Counted from the stretch's first letter, positions 50,378 to 60,653 are shown. The stretch: 64,000 bases of DNA from an uncultured Actinomycetota bacterium (GCA_964423265.1 CAYREF010000003.1:1912-65911); one strand, 5' to 3'. Numbers and translations are program-made. The notes: generated by a model not told the origin, from the sequence alone.

Positions 50378-51490
50378 ATGGCAGTAATAGGAATGGATAT
50401 AAGCTCAAACAGGATAGCTATAGCAGAAATATCTGGAAAACGCAATAATTTTTCAATAAATAATGCTGCAGTTTTTGATTTACCTGACTATATTGTTGAA
50501 AAGGGAGAGATAAAAGATACAAGGGTATTTTCACAAAGCCTGAGGGATATTTGGAATTATTATAGGTTTTCCACAAATAAAGTATATATTGGGATTACCA
50601 ATCCTAAGGTTATAGCTAAAGAGATAAAGTTGCCTGTTACAGAAGAAGGTGAATTGGATTCTTCAATTAAATACCAGATTAATGAACTTGTTCCCATTGC
50701 TAAAAACAATATAAGCTATGATTATTTTATAATAGAAAAGGGCGATAATTTTTCAAGGGTAATGATTGCTGGTGCAGCAAAGAATGTAATTGAGGGAATT
50801 GTGGAAGGTGTAAGGTTAGCAAAGCTTAGTCCGGTGGCTATGGACCTCAATTGCTTTTCCCTATACAGGCTTATAAATAATTTCTACCAGTTTTCAAAAG
50901 AAAAGGAAAATAATGCTTATTGCCTGGTAAACATAGGTAAAAGTAATACTATAATAGATATAGTAATGGATAATGAAATAAAGTTTCCCAGGTTTTCCAA
51001 TATGGGATTAAAAAATTTCATGGAAAATATATCCAAAGAGTTGGACATAAATTATAAAAAGGCCGAGGATCTGCTATATGGGTTTGACTTTACCACAGAA
51101 TTTGATGTCAAATTTGATAAAGGTTCCGAATATTTTGAAGAAAAGGTAGGCAATGAAAATATAAATGGTGCAGACATTAAAAAGAGTCAGGTAGTAAAAA
51201 AAATAGCAAACCAATTTGTAAGTGAAATAAACCGCTCGATTGATTTTTTCCTGCAGGAAAACCAGAATTACAGTATTGATAAAATTATTTTATGCGGGGA
51301 TGTGCCAGAGAATTTTGAAGTATTTTTCGAGAGCCAAATAAACTATGACACGGAATTATTTGATATTGCCAAGAATTTTGATATAGAGAGTTTAACCCGG
51401 AGAAGGATTTACAAGGATAAGGATTTGAGCATGCTGGTAAATCACCTTGCTTTAGCAATTGGGATGGCTTTCAGGGGTTACAGGATATGA
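50378..51490 (+). CDS. pilM: Type IV pilus assembly protein PilM (actin-like ATPase fold)
   Basis: MAVIGMDISSNRIAIAE; 370 aa; followed by pilN and pilO. Confidence 0.75.
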   Translation: MAVIGMDISSNRIAIAEISGKRNNFSINNAAVFDLPDYIVEKGEIKDTRVFSQSLRDIWNYYRFSTNKVYIGITNPKVIAKEIKLPVTEEGELDSSIKYQINELVPIAKNNISYDYFIIEKGDNFSRVMIAGAAKNVIEGIVEGVRLAKLSPVAMDLNCFSLYRLINNFYQFSKEKENNAYCLVNIGKSNTIIDIVMDNEIKFPRFSNMGLKNFMENISKELDINYKKAEDLLYGFDFTTEFDVKFDKGSEYFEEKVGNENINGADIKKSQVVKKIANQFVSEINRSIDFFLQENQNYSIDKIILCGDVPENFEVFFESQINYDTELFDIAKNFDIESLTRRRIYKDKDLSMLVNHLALAIGMAFRGYRI

Positions 51491-52173
51491 AATACATTGA
51501 TTTACTTCCCAAAAAGGAAAAAATTACTAACAGGAAAACAATAGCCCTCAATGTGGTGATTGTTTTCCTTATTATCATATTTGCCCTTTGCATACTGGCT
51601 GTATTTTTCTTAAATGATATAAACGGGAACCTTTCAGCCAGGCTTGAAAAATATGAAGCGGCCAATATGGAACTGCAAGGGAAAATAAATAAATTGGAAA
51701 TTTTTGAGGAATTTAAAAACAAAGTAAAAGATAAAAAAGAAATAGTAGATGAGCTTAATGATGGGCTGATTTTATGGTCAGATATTATATATGCTCTGGG
51801 AGAGTCAATGCCTGAAGATACCTATATTGAAGGTTTTGATGGCAATATCTCATCTTTGCAGGATTACCTGGATAGTGTAGAGGGTGGTGAAGAAGTTGAA
51901 ACTGATAAAATAACCTCTTTTTCTATAAGAGGTTTTGCCAAGGAATATAAAGAAATGTCAAATTTAATAATAAATATCAAGAGCTTTCCTTTAATCGGGG
52001 ATGCCTGGGTGGAAAATATAAATAAAACTACTGTCTCTGAAAATGTTGATGCAATATCATTTACAATCAACTCTTTTTGGGAACTTCAACCTTTTATAGA
52101 GGATATAGAGGTTGAGCAGCCAGGAGAGGGGGTACAGTCCCAGGATGAGGATAGTGAATCGATGGTAGAATAA
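51487..52173 (+). CDS. pilN: Type IV pilus assembly protein PilN
   Basis: N-terminal YIDLLP (INLLP-like PilM-binding motif), TM helix, coiled coil. Confidence 0.6.
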   Translation: MKYIDLLPKKEKITNRKTIALNVVIVFLIIIFALCILAVFFLNDINGNLSARLEKYEAANMELQGKINKLEIFEEFKNKVKDKKEIVDELNDGLILWSDIIYALGESMPEDTYIEGFDGNISSLQDYLDSVEGGEEVETDKITSFSIRGFAKEYKEMSNLIINIKSFPLIGDAWVENINKTTVSENVDAISFTINSFWELQPFIEDIEVEQPGEGVQSQDEDSESMVE

Positions 52174-52174
52174 A

Positions 52175-52708
52175 ATGAGTAATACACATAGAATTATAAT
52201 AATAGTAATAATAGCAGTAATAATATTGATGTTGGGATTGTTATTTATTAGGCCTGTAATCCAACGCACATTAGGGCTTATTGGAAAGATTAAAGAGGAA
52301 GAAAACGTCAATTCGAGGCATATTGCCAGATTAAATGAGCTGGTAGAGATAAGCAAAGAATATAATTCTTTATATGCCCAGTACCAAAAATACTTGACTG
52401 AGTTGCCTTCAGGGAGCAATGTGCAGGTATTGACCAATGAATTCTATAATATATCCCAGTATACTAATACTGAGATACAATCCATAAATTTTGAGGAAGT
52501 TATAGAAAAAGATAGCAATATTGGCATTATTCAGACCAATTTAGTAATACAAGGCTCTTATTATGATATATTGGTATTTGTAAAGACTGTGGAGATAATG
52601 CCCAGGAGCATGAGAATAATAGGGATTGAAATTAGCCAGGCAGGGGAAGATTATAGTAACCTAATAGGAGTAATAGAAGCAGAAAGTTATTTCCAAAGGA
52701 CAAATTAA
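52175..52708 (+). CDS. pilO: Type IV pilus assembly protein PilO-like
   Basis: TM helix, coiled coil and C-terminal domain; position in the operon. Confidence 0.5.
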   Translation: MSNTHRIIIIVIIAVIILMLGLLFIRPVIQRTLGLIGKIKEEENVNSRHIARLNELVEISKEYNSLYAQYQKYLTELPSGSNVQVLTNEFYNISQYTNTEIQSINFEEVIEKDSNIGIIQTNLVIQGSYYDILVFVKTVEIMPRSMRIIGIEISQAGEDYSNLIGVIEAESYFQRTN

Positions 52709-52710
52709 AA

Positions 52711-53190
52711 ATGGCAAAAAAAACCATCATAATTTTATTTATATCAGTATTTTTAATTATAACAGGCTGCAGTTCTGAGCAGATAGTAAACCAGTACCTT
52801 GTAAAGGATATAGAAATTGACGATGTGGGTGATATAAATGTTGATGAAAGAAAAATTTCAAGTATTGAAAGAATTGACCAGGAAGCGGGCAGCAGTTTTG
52901 AAATAGAAACAGACATACTGGAATCAGAAGAGAATATAAAAGATCCTTTTAAGCCATTTTACCTAAATGGGGAAGATGAACCTGAAAATGTAATTAGGCT
53001 GGATGCAATCTATTCCAAGGACGGTATAGAATATATTGAAGTTAAATTCAATGACCATGTTTACAAACTTAAGGAAGAAGATGTATTTGCAGAGAATTTT
53101 CAGGTCCAGGCCATAAACGAGAATTCTGTTGTTGTGCTTAAGGGTGATGAAATAATAACCTTGTTTTTAAATGAAATTTATTTTGATTAG
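52711..53190 (+). CDS. Lipoprotein, possibly PilP-like
   Basis: Lipobox IITGCSS and a C-terminal beta-rich domain; follows pilO. Confidence 0.4.
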   Translation: MAKKTIIILFISVFLIITGCSSEQIVNQYLVKDIEIDDVGDINVDERKISSIERIDQEAGSSFEIETDILESEENIKDPFKPFYLNGEDEPENVIRLDAIYSKDGIEYIEVKFNDHVYKLKEEDVFAENFQVQAINENSVVVLKGDEIITLFLNEIYFD

Positions 53191-54333
53191 GTGGTAGAAA
53201 ACTTGAGATTTTTAACTTCAGGAAAATCACATGGCAAAGCTTTAGTAGGTATTATTGACGGCTACCCCTCTGGCGTAAAAATTGATATTTCTTTCATAAA
53301 TAAGGAATTAGCCAGGAGGCAAAAAGGTTATGGCAGGGGAGGCCGCATGGATATTGAAAGGGATAAAGCAGATATTATTGCAGGGATAAACGGTAATATT
53401 TCTACGGGTTCACCCATTTCCTTTATCATTAAAAATAAGGACTGGGAAAACTGGAAAAATAAAAAGGAAGACCCTCTACTTAATCCAAGGCCTGGCCATG
53501 CAGATTTTCCAGGTTTTTTAAAATATAGGCTTTCCAGCATAAGGGATGTTATTGAAAGAAGCAGTGCCAGGGAAACCTCTGCAAGAGTTGCAGTAGGTGC
53601 TTTTGCAAAATTATTTTTAGCCTGCCTGGGTATAGGGATTTTTAGTTATGTAAGGAGCATTGGCAAAGCTAGTTTTGCTGGTAGTTTCAAGGTGAAAAAG
53701 GATAATTACGAGCTGGTGGAAGGATCACCGGTAAGATGCCCGGATAGAGAAACAGAGGCCAAGATAATTAAAGAAATTGAAAGGGCGAAAAAAGAAGGTG
53801 ATACCTTGGGGGGTAGCTTTAAGGTGATAGCAAAAGGGCTGCCGCCAGGAATAGGGAATTTTATCCAGTGGGACAGCCGCCTAGATTCAAAAATCGGAGA
53901 AGCCTTTATGAGTATACCAGCAATTAAAGCAGTAGAAATCGGGGAAGGGTTTAGATCCGGTAAAATAAAGGGTACGGATTTCCATGATGAAATACATTAT
54001 AATAAAAATAAAGGCTTTTATAGGAAAACAAATAATGCAGGGGGAATAGAAGGGGGAATGAGCAATGGAGAAGATATTGTGGTGGGTGCGGTAATGAAGC
54101 CTATACCCACCACGCGTAAAGGATTAAAGACGGTAAATATTTTCTCCAAAAAGGCTGATATAAGTTTGAAGGAAAGATCTGATGTTTGTGCTGTGCCCAG
54201 TGCTTCTATTGTAGGAGAGGCTATGCTGGCAATTGTGCTGTCAAATTTTATACAGGATAAATTTGGCAGTGACAATATAGGGGAAATTTCAGAAAATATG
54301 GATAATTATTTAAAGTATTATGAAAGTATTTAA
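53191..54333 (+). CDS. aroC: Chorismate synthase
   Basis: LRFLTSGKSHGKALVGIIDG. The conserved N-terminus suggests TTG at 53203 (MRFLTSGKSHG) rather than GTG at 53191. Confidence 0.9.
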   Translation: MVENLRFLTSGKSHGKALVGIIDGYPSGVKIDISFINKELARRQKGYGRGGRMDIERDKADIIAGINGNISTGSPISFIIKNKDWENWKNKKEDPLLNPRPGHADFPGFLKYRLSSIRDVIERSSARETSARVAVGAFAKLFLACLGIGIFSYVRSIGKASFAGSFKVKKDNYELVEGSPVRCPDRETEAKIIKEIERAKKEGDTLGGSFKVIAKGLPPGIGNFIQWDSRLDSKIGEAFMSIPAIKAVEIGEGFRSGKIKGTDFHDEIHYNKNKGFYRKTNNAGGIEGGMSNGEDIVVGAVMKPIPTTRKGLKTVNIFSKKADISLKERSDVCAVPSASIVGEAMLAIVLSNFIQDKFGSDNIGEISENMDNYLKYYESI

Positions 54334-54843
54334 ATGGATTTTAAAAACTTATCCCTTATTGGATTTATGGGCTCTGGTAAAAGTACAGTGGGGAAATTAT
54401 TGGCAGAGAAATTAGGCTTTTTATTTATAGACATTGACAGAATCATTGAGATTAAAGAAAAAAAACCGATATCTAAGATTTTTAAAGAAAAAGGGGAAAA
54501 ATATTTTAGGGATGTAGAATCTGAGGTTATTAGGAAAATATATAGAAATAAAAATTGCATATTTGCCTGTGGGGGCGGTGCTATCCTGAAGGGGGAAAAC
54601 TTTAAGGTTATAAAAAAATTAAGTAAAATAATATACCTTAAAGTTTCTCCTTCTGAAATACTTAAAAGAGTGGGCAACTCAAAGGATAGGCCTTTATTAC
54701 AGTCAAAGGATAAGATGAAAAGGGTTAAAGCCTTATTAAAAAAAAGAAAAGAAATTTATGAAAAATGTGCAGATATTATAGTAGATACCGATAAAAAGGA
54801 GAAAGAAGAAGTGGTAAGTGAGATAATAGAAAGGGTGAAATGA
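54334..54843 (+). CDS. aroK: Shikimate kinase
   Basis: Walker A GFMGSGKSTVGK. Confidence 0.85.
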   Translation: MDFKNLSLIGFMGSGKSTVGKLLAEKLGFLFIDIDRIIEIKEKKPISKIFKEKGEKYFRDVESEVIRKIYRNKNCIFACGGGAILKGENFKVIKKLSKIIYLKVSPSEILKRVGNSKDRPLLQSKDKMKRVKALLKKRKEIYEKCADIIVDTDKKEKEEVVSEIIERVK

Positions 54844-55946
54844 AGAAAATCAGAACAAAACTTAGCAATAGGACTTATGGAATTTATGTAAGGAAAGACA
54901 TAGATAAAATCTTTAAAAAACTTATTCAGAAGCATTTTTCTGATGCAGAGAAATTAGTGCTGGTTACTAACAATACCATCTACTCCCTGTATGGAGAAAA
55001 GATAAGGGGATTACTAAAAGATAGTGGGTTAGATACCCTTCTTATAACCATCGAAGATGGTGAAAAATATAAAACTCTTGACACTGTTAAATATTTCTAT
55101 AAAAAATTTAAGGAGTTTAATATACACAGGAATGACCTAATAGTTCCGTTTAGTGGTGGGGTTATTGGAGATACTGCCGGTTTTGCTGCAGCCACATTCC
55201 ATAGGGGAGTAAGGCTTATACAGTATCCAACAACTATAATTGGCCAAATTGATAGCAGCATTGGAGGAAAAGTAGGTATAAACTATGATAAGCTGAAAAA
55301 TTTCATCGGAAGCTTTTACCAACCATTCATGACTTTGGTAGATACAAACCTACTTTCTACTTTAAAGGAGATAGAGATTATAAATGGTTTTGGGGAAATT
55401 ATCAAAAATGGAATAGTTTTTGATAAAAAAATACTAGATTTGATTGATAAGAGGGTACCTAGTGAAGGTGAAAATAGATTATTTGATTTTATAAAAACCA
55501 AGACTTTTGAAGATATAATTTTTATGTCCTGCAATATTAAAGCTAAGGTTGTGGAAAAGGATGAATTTGACCAATATTACAGGCATCTTGAGAATTTTGG
55601 CCATACAGTTGGCCATGCCATAGAAAGAGCTTCAAATCTTACTAAAATTAACCACGGGCAGGGGGTTAGTCTGGGGATGCTGGTAGCATTGGATATTTCC
55701 CGCGAATTGGGCCTAATAGAGAAAGATCTTAAAGATTATATATTAAAGTTCTACAAGAAGCTGAAACTTCCTTGTAAAATAAAAGGCCTTGAGCCTGAAG
55801 AAATAATGAAATCGCTAATGTATGATAAGAAATTCACTGCATCTAAAAATAAGTTTGTATTATTGAAAGGAATAAATAAACCAACTTTTTATTTTAATGT
55901 AAAAAAAGGTATAATAGAAAAGTGTATAATTAATAATATGGAATAA
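54840..55946 (+). CDS. aroB: 3-dehydroquinate synthase
   Basis: GGGVIGDTAGFAA and metal-binding His residues (HTVGHAIE). Confidence 0.9.
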   Translation: MKKIRTKLSNRTYGIYVRKDIDKIFKKLIQKHFSDAEKLVLVTNNTIYSLYGEKIRGLLKDSGLDTLLITIEDGEKYKTLDTVKYFYKKFKEFNIHRNDLIVPFSGGVIGDTAGFAAATFHRGVRLIQYPTTIIGQIDSSIGGKVGINYDKLKNFIGSFYQPFMTLVDTNLLSTLKEIEIINGFGEIIKNGIVFDKKILDLIDKRVPSEGENRLFDFIKTKTFEDIIFMSCNIKAKVVEKDEFDQYYRHLENFGHTVGHAIERASNLTKINHGQGVSLGMLVALDISRELGLIEKDLKDYILKFYKKLKLPCKIKGLEPEEIMKSLMYDKKFTASKNKFVLLKGINKPTFYFNVKKGIIEKCIINNME

Positions 55947-55948
55947 AT

Positions 55949-56383
55949 ATGAAAAATATAATAATAATTAACGGGCCAAACCTGAATTTACTTGGAAAGA
56001 GGGAGGAAAAAATATATGGCAACAGAAGTTTTGATTCAATTTTAAAAGAATTGAAATCTTATAGCCGGGACAATAATATTAATTTAGAATATTTCCAGTC
56101 TAACTCAGAAGGAATAATTATTGATAAAATACATGAGTCAATTGGAAAAAAAGATGCAATAATTATAAATCCTGGTGCGCTTACCCATTACAGCTATAGC
56201 TTACATGATGCTATCATTGCCTCTAAAATTCCGGCAATTGAGGTACACATATCAAATATATATAATAGAGAAGAATGGAGAAAAAAATCTGTAATTTCTC
56301 CTGCAGCTAAAGGGATAATTTGTGGATTTGGCCTAGATGTATATAAATTAGCACTAAATGCGGCTAATAATTTAATAGGCTAA
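55949..56383 (+). CDS. aroQ: Type II 3-dehydroquinate dehydratase
   Basis: IIIINGPNLNLLGKRE. Confidence 0.9.
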   Translation: MKNIIIINGPNLNLLGKREEKIYGNRSFDSILKELKSYSRDNNINLEYFQSNSEGIIIDKIHESIGKKDAIIINPGALTHYSYSLHDAIIASKIPAIEVHISNIYNREEWRKKSVISPAAKGIICGFGLDVYKLALNAANNLIG

Positions 56384-56392
56384 TATAAAAAG

Positions 56393-57391
56393 ATGCTTAA
56401 ATTTAATCAATTCTTATGGGTAAAATTACATAATGTAAAAAAAAGGGTAAAGGATGGGGAAAAAGGACTTACTCTAGTAGAAGTAGTAATCGCCTTACTT
56501 ATTATCTCCATAATAACTGCTATTGTAATCCATAGCAGCATTATGGCCATAGATACCTCAGAATATAATAAAACCAAGACCATCGCAATCTCCATTGCCA
56601 ATGAAGAGATGGAGAAAATAAGGGCTATGGATTATGGGGATATAGGCATAGCTGGAGGGGACCCTGAGGGAACCTTGGAAAGCGAAGCTGTCAATCCTGA
56701 AGGCTACACTATAAATTATGATGTAAGCTGGGTAGAGGGGGAAGATAGCTACAAGCAGGTAGCTGTAAGTGTTTTTAAGCAGCCAATGAAAGTTGATGTA
56801 GAAGTTATTACCCAGATTTACCCATCGGATTCCAGCGGTGCAGGCGGGGAAGAAGGACATCCTGCTCCCACTAACTTAATAATTACTTCAGACACTGGTG
56901 AGGGCGATAGTAGGGCCATAGTTCTGGAGTGGAGTGCCCCTGTTACTGACCTTAATATTGTAGAGTATAAAATATATAGGGATGGAAGTTATATTGGCAG
57001 TGATGATGATACCAGCTATATTGATAATCCAGGGGGAGATGGCCCCTACACTTATTATGTAACTGCCTTATATGAAGATGGAGAAGAAAGCGGTCCAAGC
57101 AATGAAGTAGTAGCTGATGAATTAGCGGTGCACCCGCCCCCACAAAACCTAGAGGTTTTATCGGATGAAGGAAATGGTAAATGGAGGGAAGTTGAATTAT
57201 CCTGGGACGCACCTGATACCGGACTTAATGTTTCTGAGTATAGAATATACAGAAATGGATCTTTTATTGATAGTACCGCATCCTTAGCTTATACTGATAT
57301 GCCAGGAAACAATAGCACTTACACTTATTATGTAACTGCCTTATATGAAGATGGAGAAGAAAGCGGGTCCAGCAATGAAGTTTCTAGTTAA
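56393..57391 (+). CDS. Prepilin-type minor pilin/pseudopilin with two tandem FN3-like domains
   Basis: Class III signal (GEKG followed by LTLVEVVIALLIISIIT, E+5), then two ~85-aa repeats ending YTYYVTALYEDGEESG(P/S)SNEV. Confidence 0.7.
   Translation: MLKFNQFLWVKLHNVKKRVKDGEKGLTLVEVVIALLIISIITAIVIHSSIMAIDTSEYNKTKTIAISIANEEMEKIRAMDYGDIGIAGGDPEGTLESEAVNPEGYTINYDVSWVEGEDSYKQVAVSVFKQPMKVDVEVITQIYPSDSSGAGGEEGHPAPTNLIITSDTGEGDSRAIVLEWSAPVTDLNIVEYKIYRDGSYIGSDDDTSYIDNPGGDGPYTYYVTALYEDGEESGPSNEVVADELAVHPPPQNLEVLSDEGNGKWREVELSWDAPDTGLNVSEYRIYRNGSFIDSTASLAYTDMPGNNSTYTYYVTALYEDGEESGSSNEVSS
57049..57096. repeat. 48-bp perfect direct repeat (second copy at 57320..57367) inside the FN3-pseudopilin gene
   Basis: tacacttattatgtaactgccttatatgaagatggagaagaaagcgg occurs twice. 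Confidence 0.9.
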
Positions 57392-57938
57392 AAGAAAAGA
57401 TAGCGGAGAGCAAGGTTATAGCCTGGTAGAGCTGCTGTTAGTTTTGGTGCTGATGTTTCTGGTGGTGGCAGCAATCACTCTAACCTACTTTACTTCTGCC
57501 AATGCCAATAATGCTGTTATAAGTACAGCCACTTCTGAAATTGATGCCAGGACTGCATTGTATTTAATGAAACGGGAGTTAAGGGAAGCAGCCGCTATAA
57601 GTCATGCGGGACAGGATAGGGTTACTTTTACAAGCGATATAAACAGTGATGATACTTATGAAGAAGTAAGCTACTATCTTTCAACCCAGAATAGTTATTA
57701 TGATTTAATAAAGACAGTTGATGGTGGAGAGGGCAGAGTAATTTTATCCAAAATTGTAAATTCTAATTTTTTTGTCTATTATTCTCAACTGGATCAGGAG
57801 CTGGGGTTGCCAATATCCGGGGAGCAGCTGGGCAATATTAAAATAATTGAGATAAATATTTCTGTAGACCAGAGCGGCGCGCAGAGCAGCAGGACTATGG
57901 ATTTAAATACAAAACTAACATTAAGGAATAATATTTAA
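57375..57938 (+). CDS. Prepilin-type pseudopilin (minor pilin)
   Basis: MKFLVKRKDSGEQG followed by YSLVELLLVLVLMFLVVAAITL. ATG at 57375 overlaps the upstream stop. Confidence 0.6.
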   Translation: MKFLVKRKDSGEQGYSLVELLLVLVLMFLVVAAITLTYFTSANANNAVISTATSEIDARTALYLMKRELREAAAISHAGQDRVTFTSDINSDDTYEEVSYYLSTQNSYYDLIKTVDGGEGRVILSKIVNSNFFVYYSQLDQELGLPISGEQLGNIKIIEINISVDQSGAQSSRTMDLNTKLTLRNNI

Positions 57939-57939
57939 A

Positions 57940-59490
57940 ATGAAGTTAAATAAAACAGAAAACAAGGGCAATATAACTATACTGGTTTTAGTCATAGCAG
58001 TGGTAGTTATATTAGGGACAGCATCAATGCTTGGCTATGTATTTAGGGATATACAGTTTACTGAGGTAGATGAGGGAAAACTCAGGGCTTTTAATTTTGC
58101 TGAGGCAGGTATTGCTGATTTCCAATATAATTTAGCCCAATATTTAAATGGTAAAATAGAAGAGTTACCCGAAAGCGGTTATTCAAACCAAATCACTAGT
58201 GATGAAAGAGTGGAAGGTAGTTATACTGTAACTTATGAAGAAATAACTGATGAAGATAGCCTAAATGGGTATGATGTTACTTCAATAGGGACTGATAGCA
58301 ATGATAACCAAAGAAAAATAAAGGTAACTTTTAATATAAACCTGAGCAGCAGTTCTAGCTTTGATATTTATGATTATATTTATTGTAACAATTCTATTAC
58401 CTTTAGTGGTGATGGAAAGCCAATAGAAGGCCCTTTTTATACAGAGGGTGATATGGCTTTCCAGGGTAGCTCAGGCATGCTTCAGCAATATAGCACTGGA
58501 CCTGTGGTAGTTGAGGGAAACCTTAGCTTAACCGGTAATACAACAAGTATTTCATCTGATACATTGGAAGTAGGCGGAAATGTAGTAGTAGCTAATAGTT
58601 CAAGGATTAAAAAAGCTTTATTAAGCATAGGAGGTAATCTAAGCGTTACTGGGGATGCAGAGGTTGATTATGAGCTCCAAAGCCCCATGATTGTTATGGG
58701 CGATGTTTATATAGATGGCAGTTCTCGTATTGGAGAATCGGGCAGGGATCTTGTTTTGTCAATTCAGGGTGACTTAACAGAAAGCGGCGCGCCACGTATA
58801 TATGCAGATAGAAATGATAGCCTTACTTATTATTTTTCTGATCCAGGTTATAATGTAAATGATTTGATAAACCAGTTTGAATCAAATATAAATGGTACTG
58901 CCTTGCATATAGATGAAGATGTTTTACTTGAAGAAGATGTCCCTTTTAGCAGAACATCCGGTGGAAATATTTTAAATTTCTATAAAGACGACGGTAAATC
59001 TATAATAGAAATTAGTGGCAATGTTTTTATAAATGGAGATTTAACATTAGGGGTAGAAAGATGGTGGCCTAAACATACTGATATTTATTACTATACTGGT
59101 GAAGGAACAATATATACAACAGGCTCTATAGTTTCACATACAAAAATTGTTCCATTAAATGAAAGTGAATTTCCTGAAGATAGCTTATTATGTTTGGTTT
59201 CTAATACAAACATAAACTTAGATATTTGGAGGGATTACTGGGAAACACCTACTTGCGACCAGCCTAATATGTTTATGGTAGCAATTGCAAAAAATGATAT
59301 AGTAGTGCAAAAAGGTTCGTTAAAAGGCACAGCTATATCAGGAGGTTTATTGGATGTAGATAAAGATTTTGGAAAAATTTGTTATTTGCAGGACTTAAAA
59401 GATCATCTGCCTGTGGACTTGCCGACTGCTAGTGGGCAAACAGAGGGAGCAGCAAGTTTTGTTATTGAAAAATGGCAGGAAATAAATTAG
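57940..59490 (+). CDS. PilX-N-like signal-anchored large pilus-associated protein with beta-helix-like repeats (putative tip or adhesin component)
   Basis: N-terminal TM (ITILVLVIAVVVILGTASMLG) and PilX_N-like region. Later repeats: NLSLTGNTTSISSDTLEVGGNVVVANSS...IGGNLSVTGDAEVD. Confidence 0.45.
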   Translation: MKLNKTENKGNITILVLVIAVVVILGTASMLGYVFRDIQFTEVDEGKLRAFNFAEAGIADFQYNLAQYLNGKIEELPESGYSNQITSDERVEGSYTVTYEEITDEDSLNGYDVTSIGTDSNDNQRKIKVTFNINLSSSSSFDIYDYIYCNNSITFSGDGKPIEGPFYTEGDMAFQGSSGMLQQYSTGPVVVEGNLSLTGNTTSISSDTLEVGGNVVVANSSRIKKALLSIGGNLSVTGDAEVDYELQSPMIVMGDVYIDGSSRIGESGRDLVLSIQGDLTESGAPRIYADRNDSLTYYFSDPGYNVNDLINQFESNINGTALHIDEDVLLEEDVPFSRTSGGNILNFYKDDGKSIIEISGNVFINGDLTLGVERWWPKHTDIYYYTGEGTIYTTGSIVSHTKIVPLNESEFPEDSLLCLVSNTNINLDIWRDYWETPTCDQPNMFMVAIAKNDIVVQKGSLKGTAISGGLLDVDKDFGKICYLQDLKDHLPVDLPTASGQTEGAASFVIEKWQEIN

Positions 59491-59533
59491 ACAAATAAAT
59501 GCCATTTCTAAATTATAATAGTAAAGGTTTACT

Positions 59534-60643
59534 ATGAAAGATTTTTTTTATTCAAAATTTTTAGAATTAAAAAAAATATTAAAAATAAAAGATATTGAGT
59601 GCTTTTTAGTATTAAAAGCAGAAAATATCTTATATCTAACAGGGTTTTATGGCCCGGGGTCTGGTAGCATACTGATCGTGACTCATGATAAATGTTACTT
59701 TTTAGTTAGCTCAATTTATCATCTTGAGGCAAAAGATAAGATAAATAATAAGAAAATAGAAATAATTAAATTCCAATATAATAAATATTCGCAATTATTA
59801 AGCATAATAAAAAAAATTAAGGAAAAGAAATTTACTATAGAAGATAGTAACCTTTCTTATAAAGCATATACAAAAATTAAAGAAAACATTATAAAAGAAA
59901 AAAAGGTATTAAAAACCTCTAAAGGTATTATAGAAAAATTAAGAATCATAAAGAATAAAGAAGAGCTAGAAAATATAAAAAAAGCATGCAATATATCTGA
60001 TCAAGCAATACAGGGCATATTTAAATATAAAGAAAAGCTATATGATTATTCCGAAGCAGAAGTTGCTTTGGAGCTTGAAAAGATTATGGTAGAAAATGGT
60101 GCATCAGGCAGGTCTTTTGACATAATAGTAGCAAATAATGATAAAGCGTCATTGCCGCATCATATATCAGGCGGTGAGAGGATTAAATCTGGATTAATTT
60201 TAATAGACTTTGGATGCAAGTATAATAATTACTGTTCGGATATTACCAGGACTTTTTTTATAAATAACAAAAAGCACCACAAAATTAGGGAGATTTATGA
60301 TATAGTTTTACAGGCCCAGCAGCTGGCAATTGAGAATTGCAGGGAAGGTATTACCTGCAGGGAACTGGATAGGATTGCCAGGGAGTATATTGAAAAAAAA
60401 GGTTATGGAGAAAATTTTGGGCATGGATTAGGCCATGGGGTGGGCCTTGAAGTACATGAAGGCCCTATCCTTAATAGTAAGTCGGAGCTGGAACTGAAAG
60501 AAAATATGGTAGTAACCATAGAGCCGGGAATATACATTGAGGGAATAGGGGGCGTAAGGATTGAGGATATGGCAGTGGTTAAAAAAGGAGGATGCGAGAT
60601 TTTGTATACAGCTGATAAATCTTATATAGACATAACTGAATAG
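59534..60643 (+). CDS. Xaa-Pro aminopeptidase (M24B)
   Basis: [13 protein letters not shown] and metal ligands (DFG...D...E). Confidence 0.85.
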   Translation: MKDFFYSKFLELKKILKIKDIECFLVLKAENILYLTGFYGPGSGSILIVTHDKCYFLVSSIYHLEAKDKINNKKIEIIKFQYNKYSQLLSIIKKIKEKKFTIEDSNLSYKAYTKIKENIIKEKKVLKTSKGIIEKLRIIKNKEELENIKKACNISDQAIQGIFKYKEKLYDYSEAEVALELEKIMVENGASGRSFDIIVANNDKASLPHHISGGERIKSGLILIDFGCKYNNYCSDITRTFFINNKKHHKIREIYDIVLQAQQLAIENCREGITCRELDRIAREYIEKKGYGENFGHGLGHGVGLEVHEGPILNSKSELELKENMVVTIEPGIYIEGIGGVRIEDMAVVKKGGCEILYTADKSYIDITE

Positions 60644-60653
60644 GAAGGAAGAA

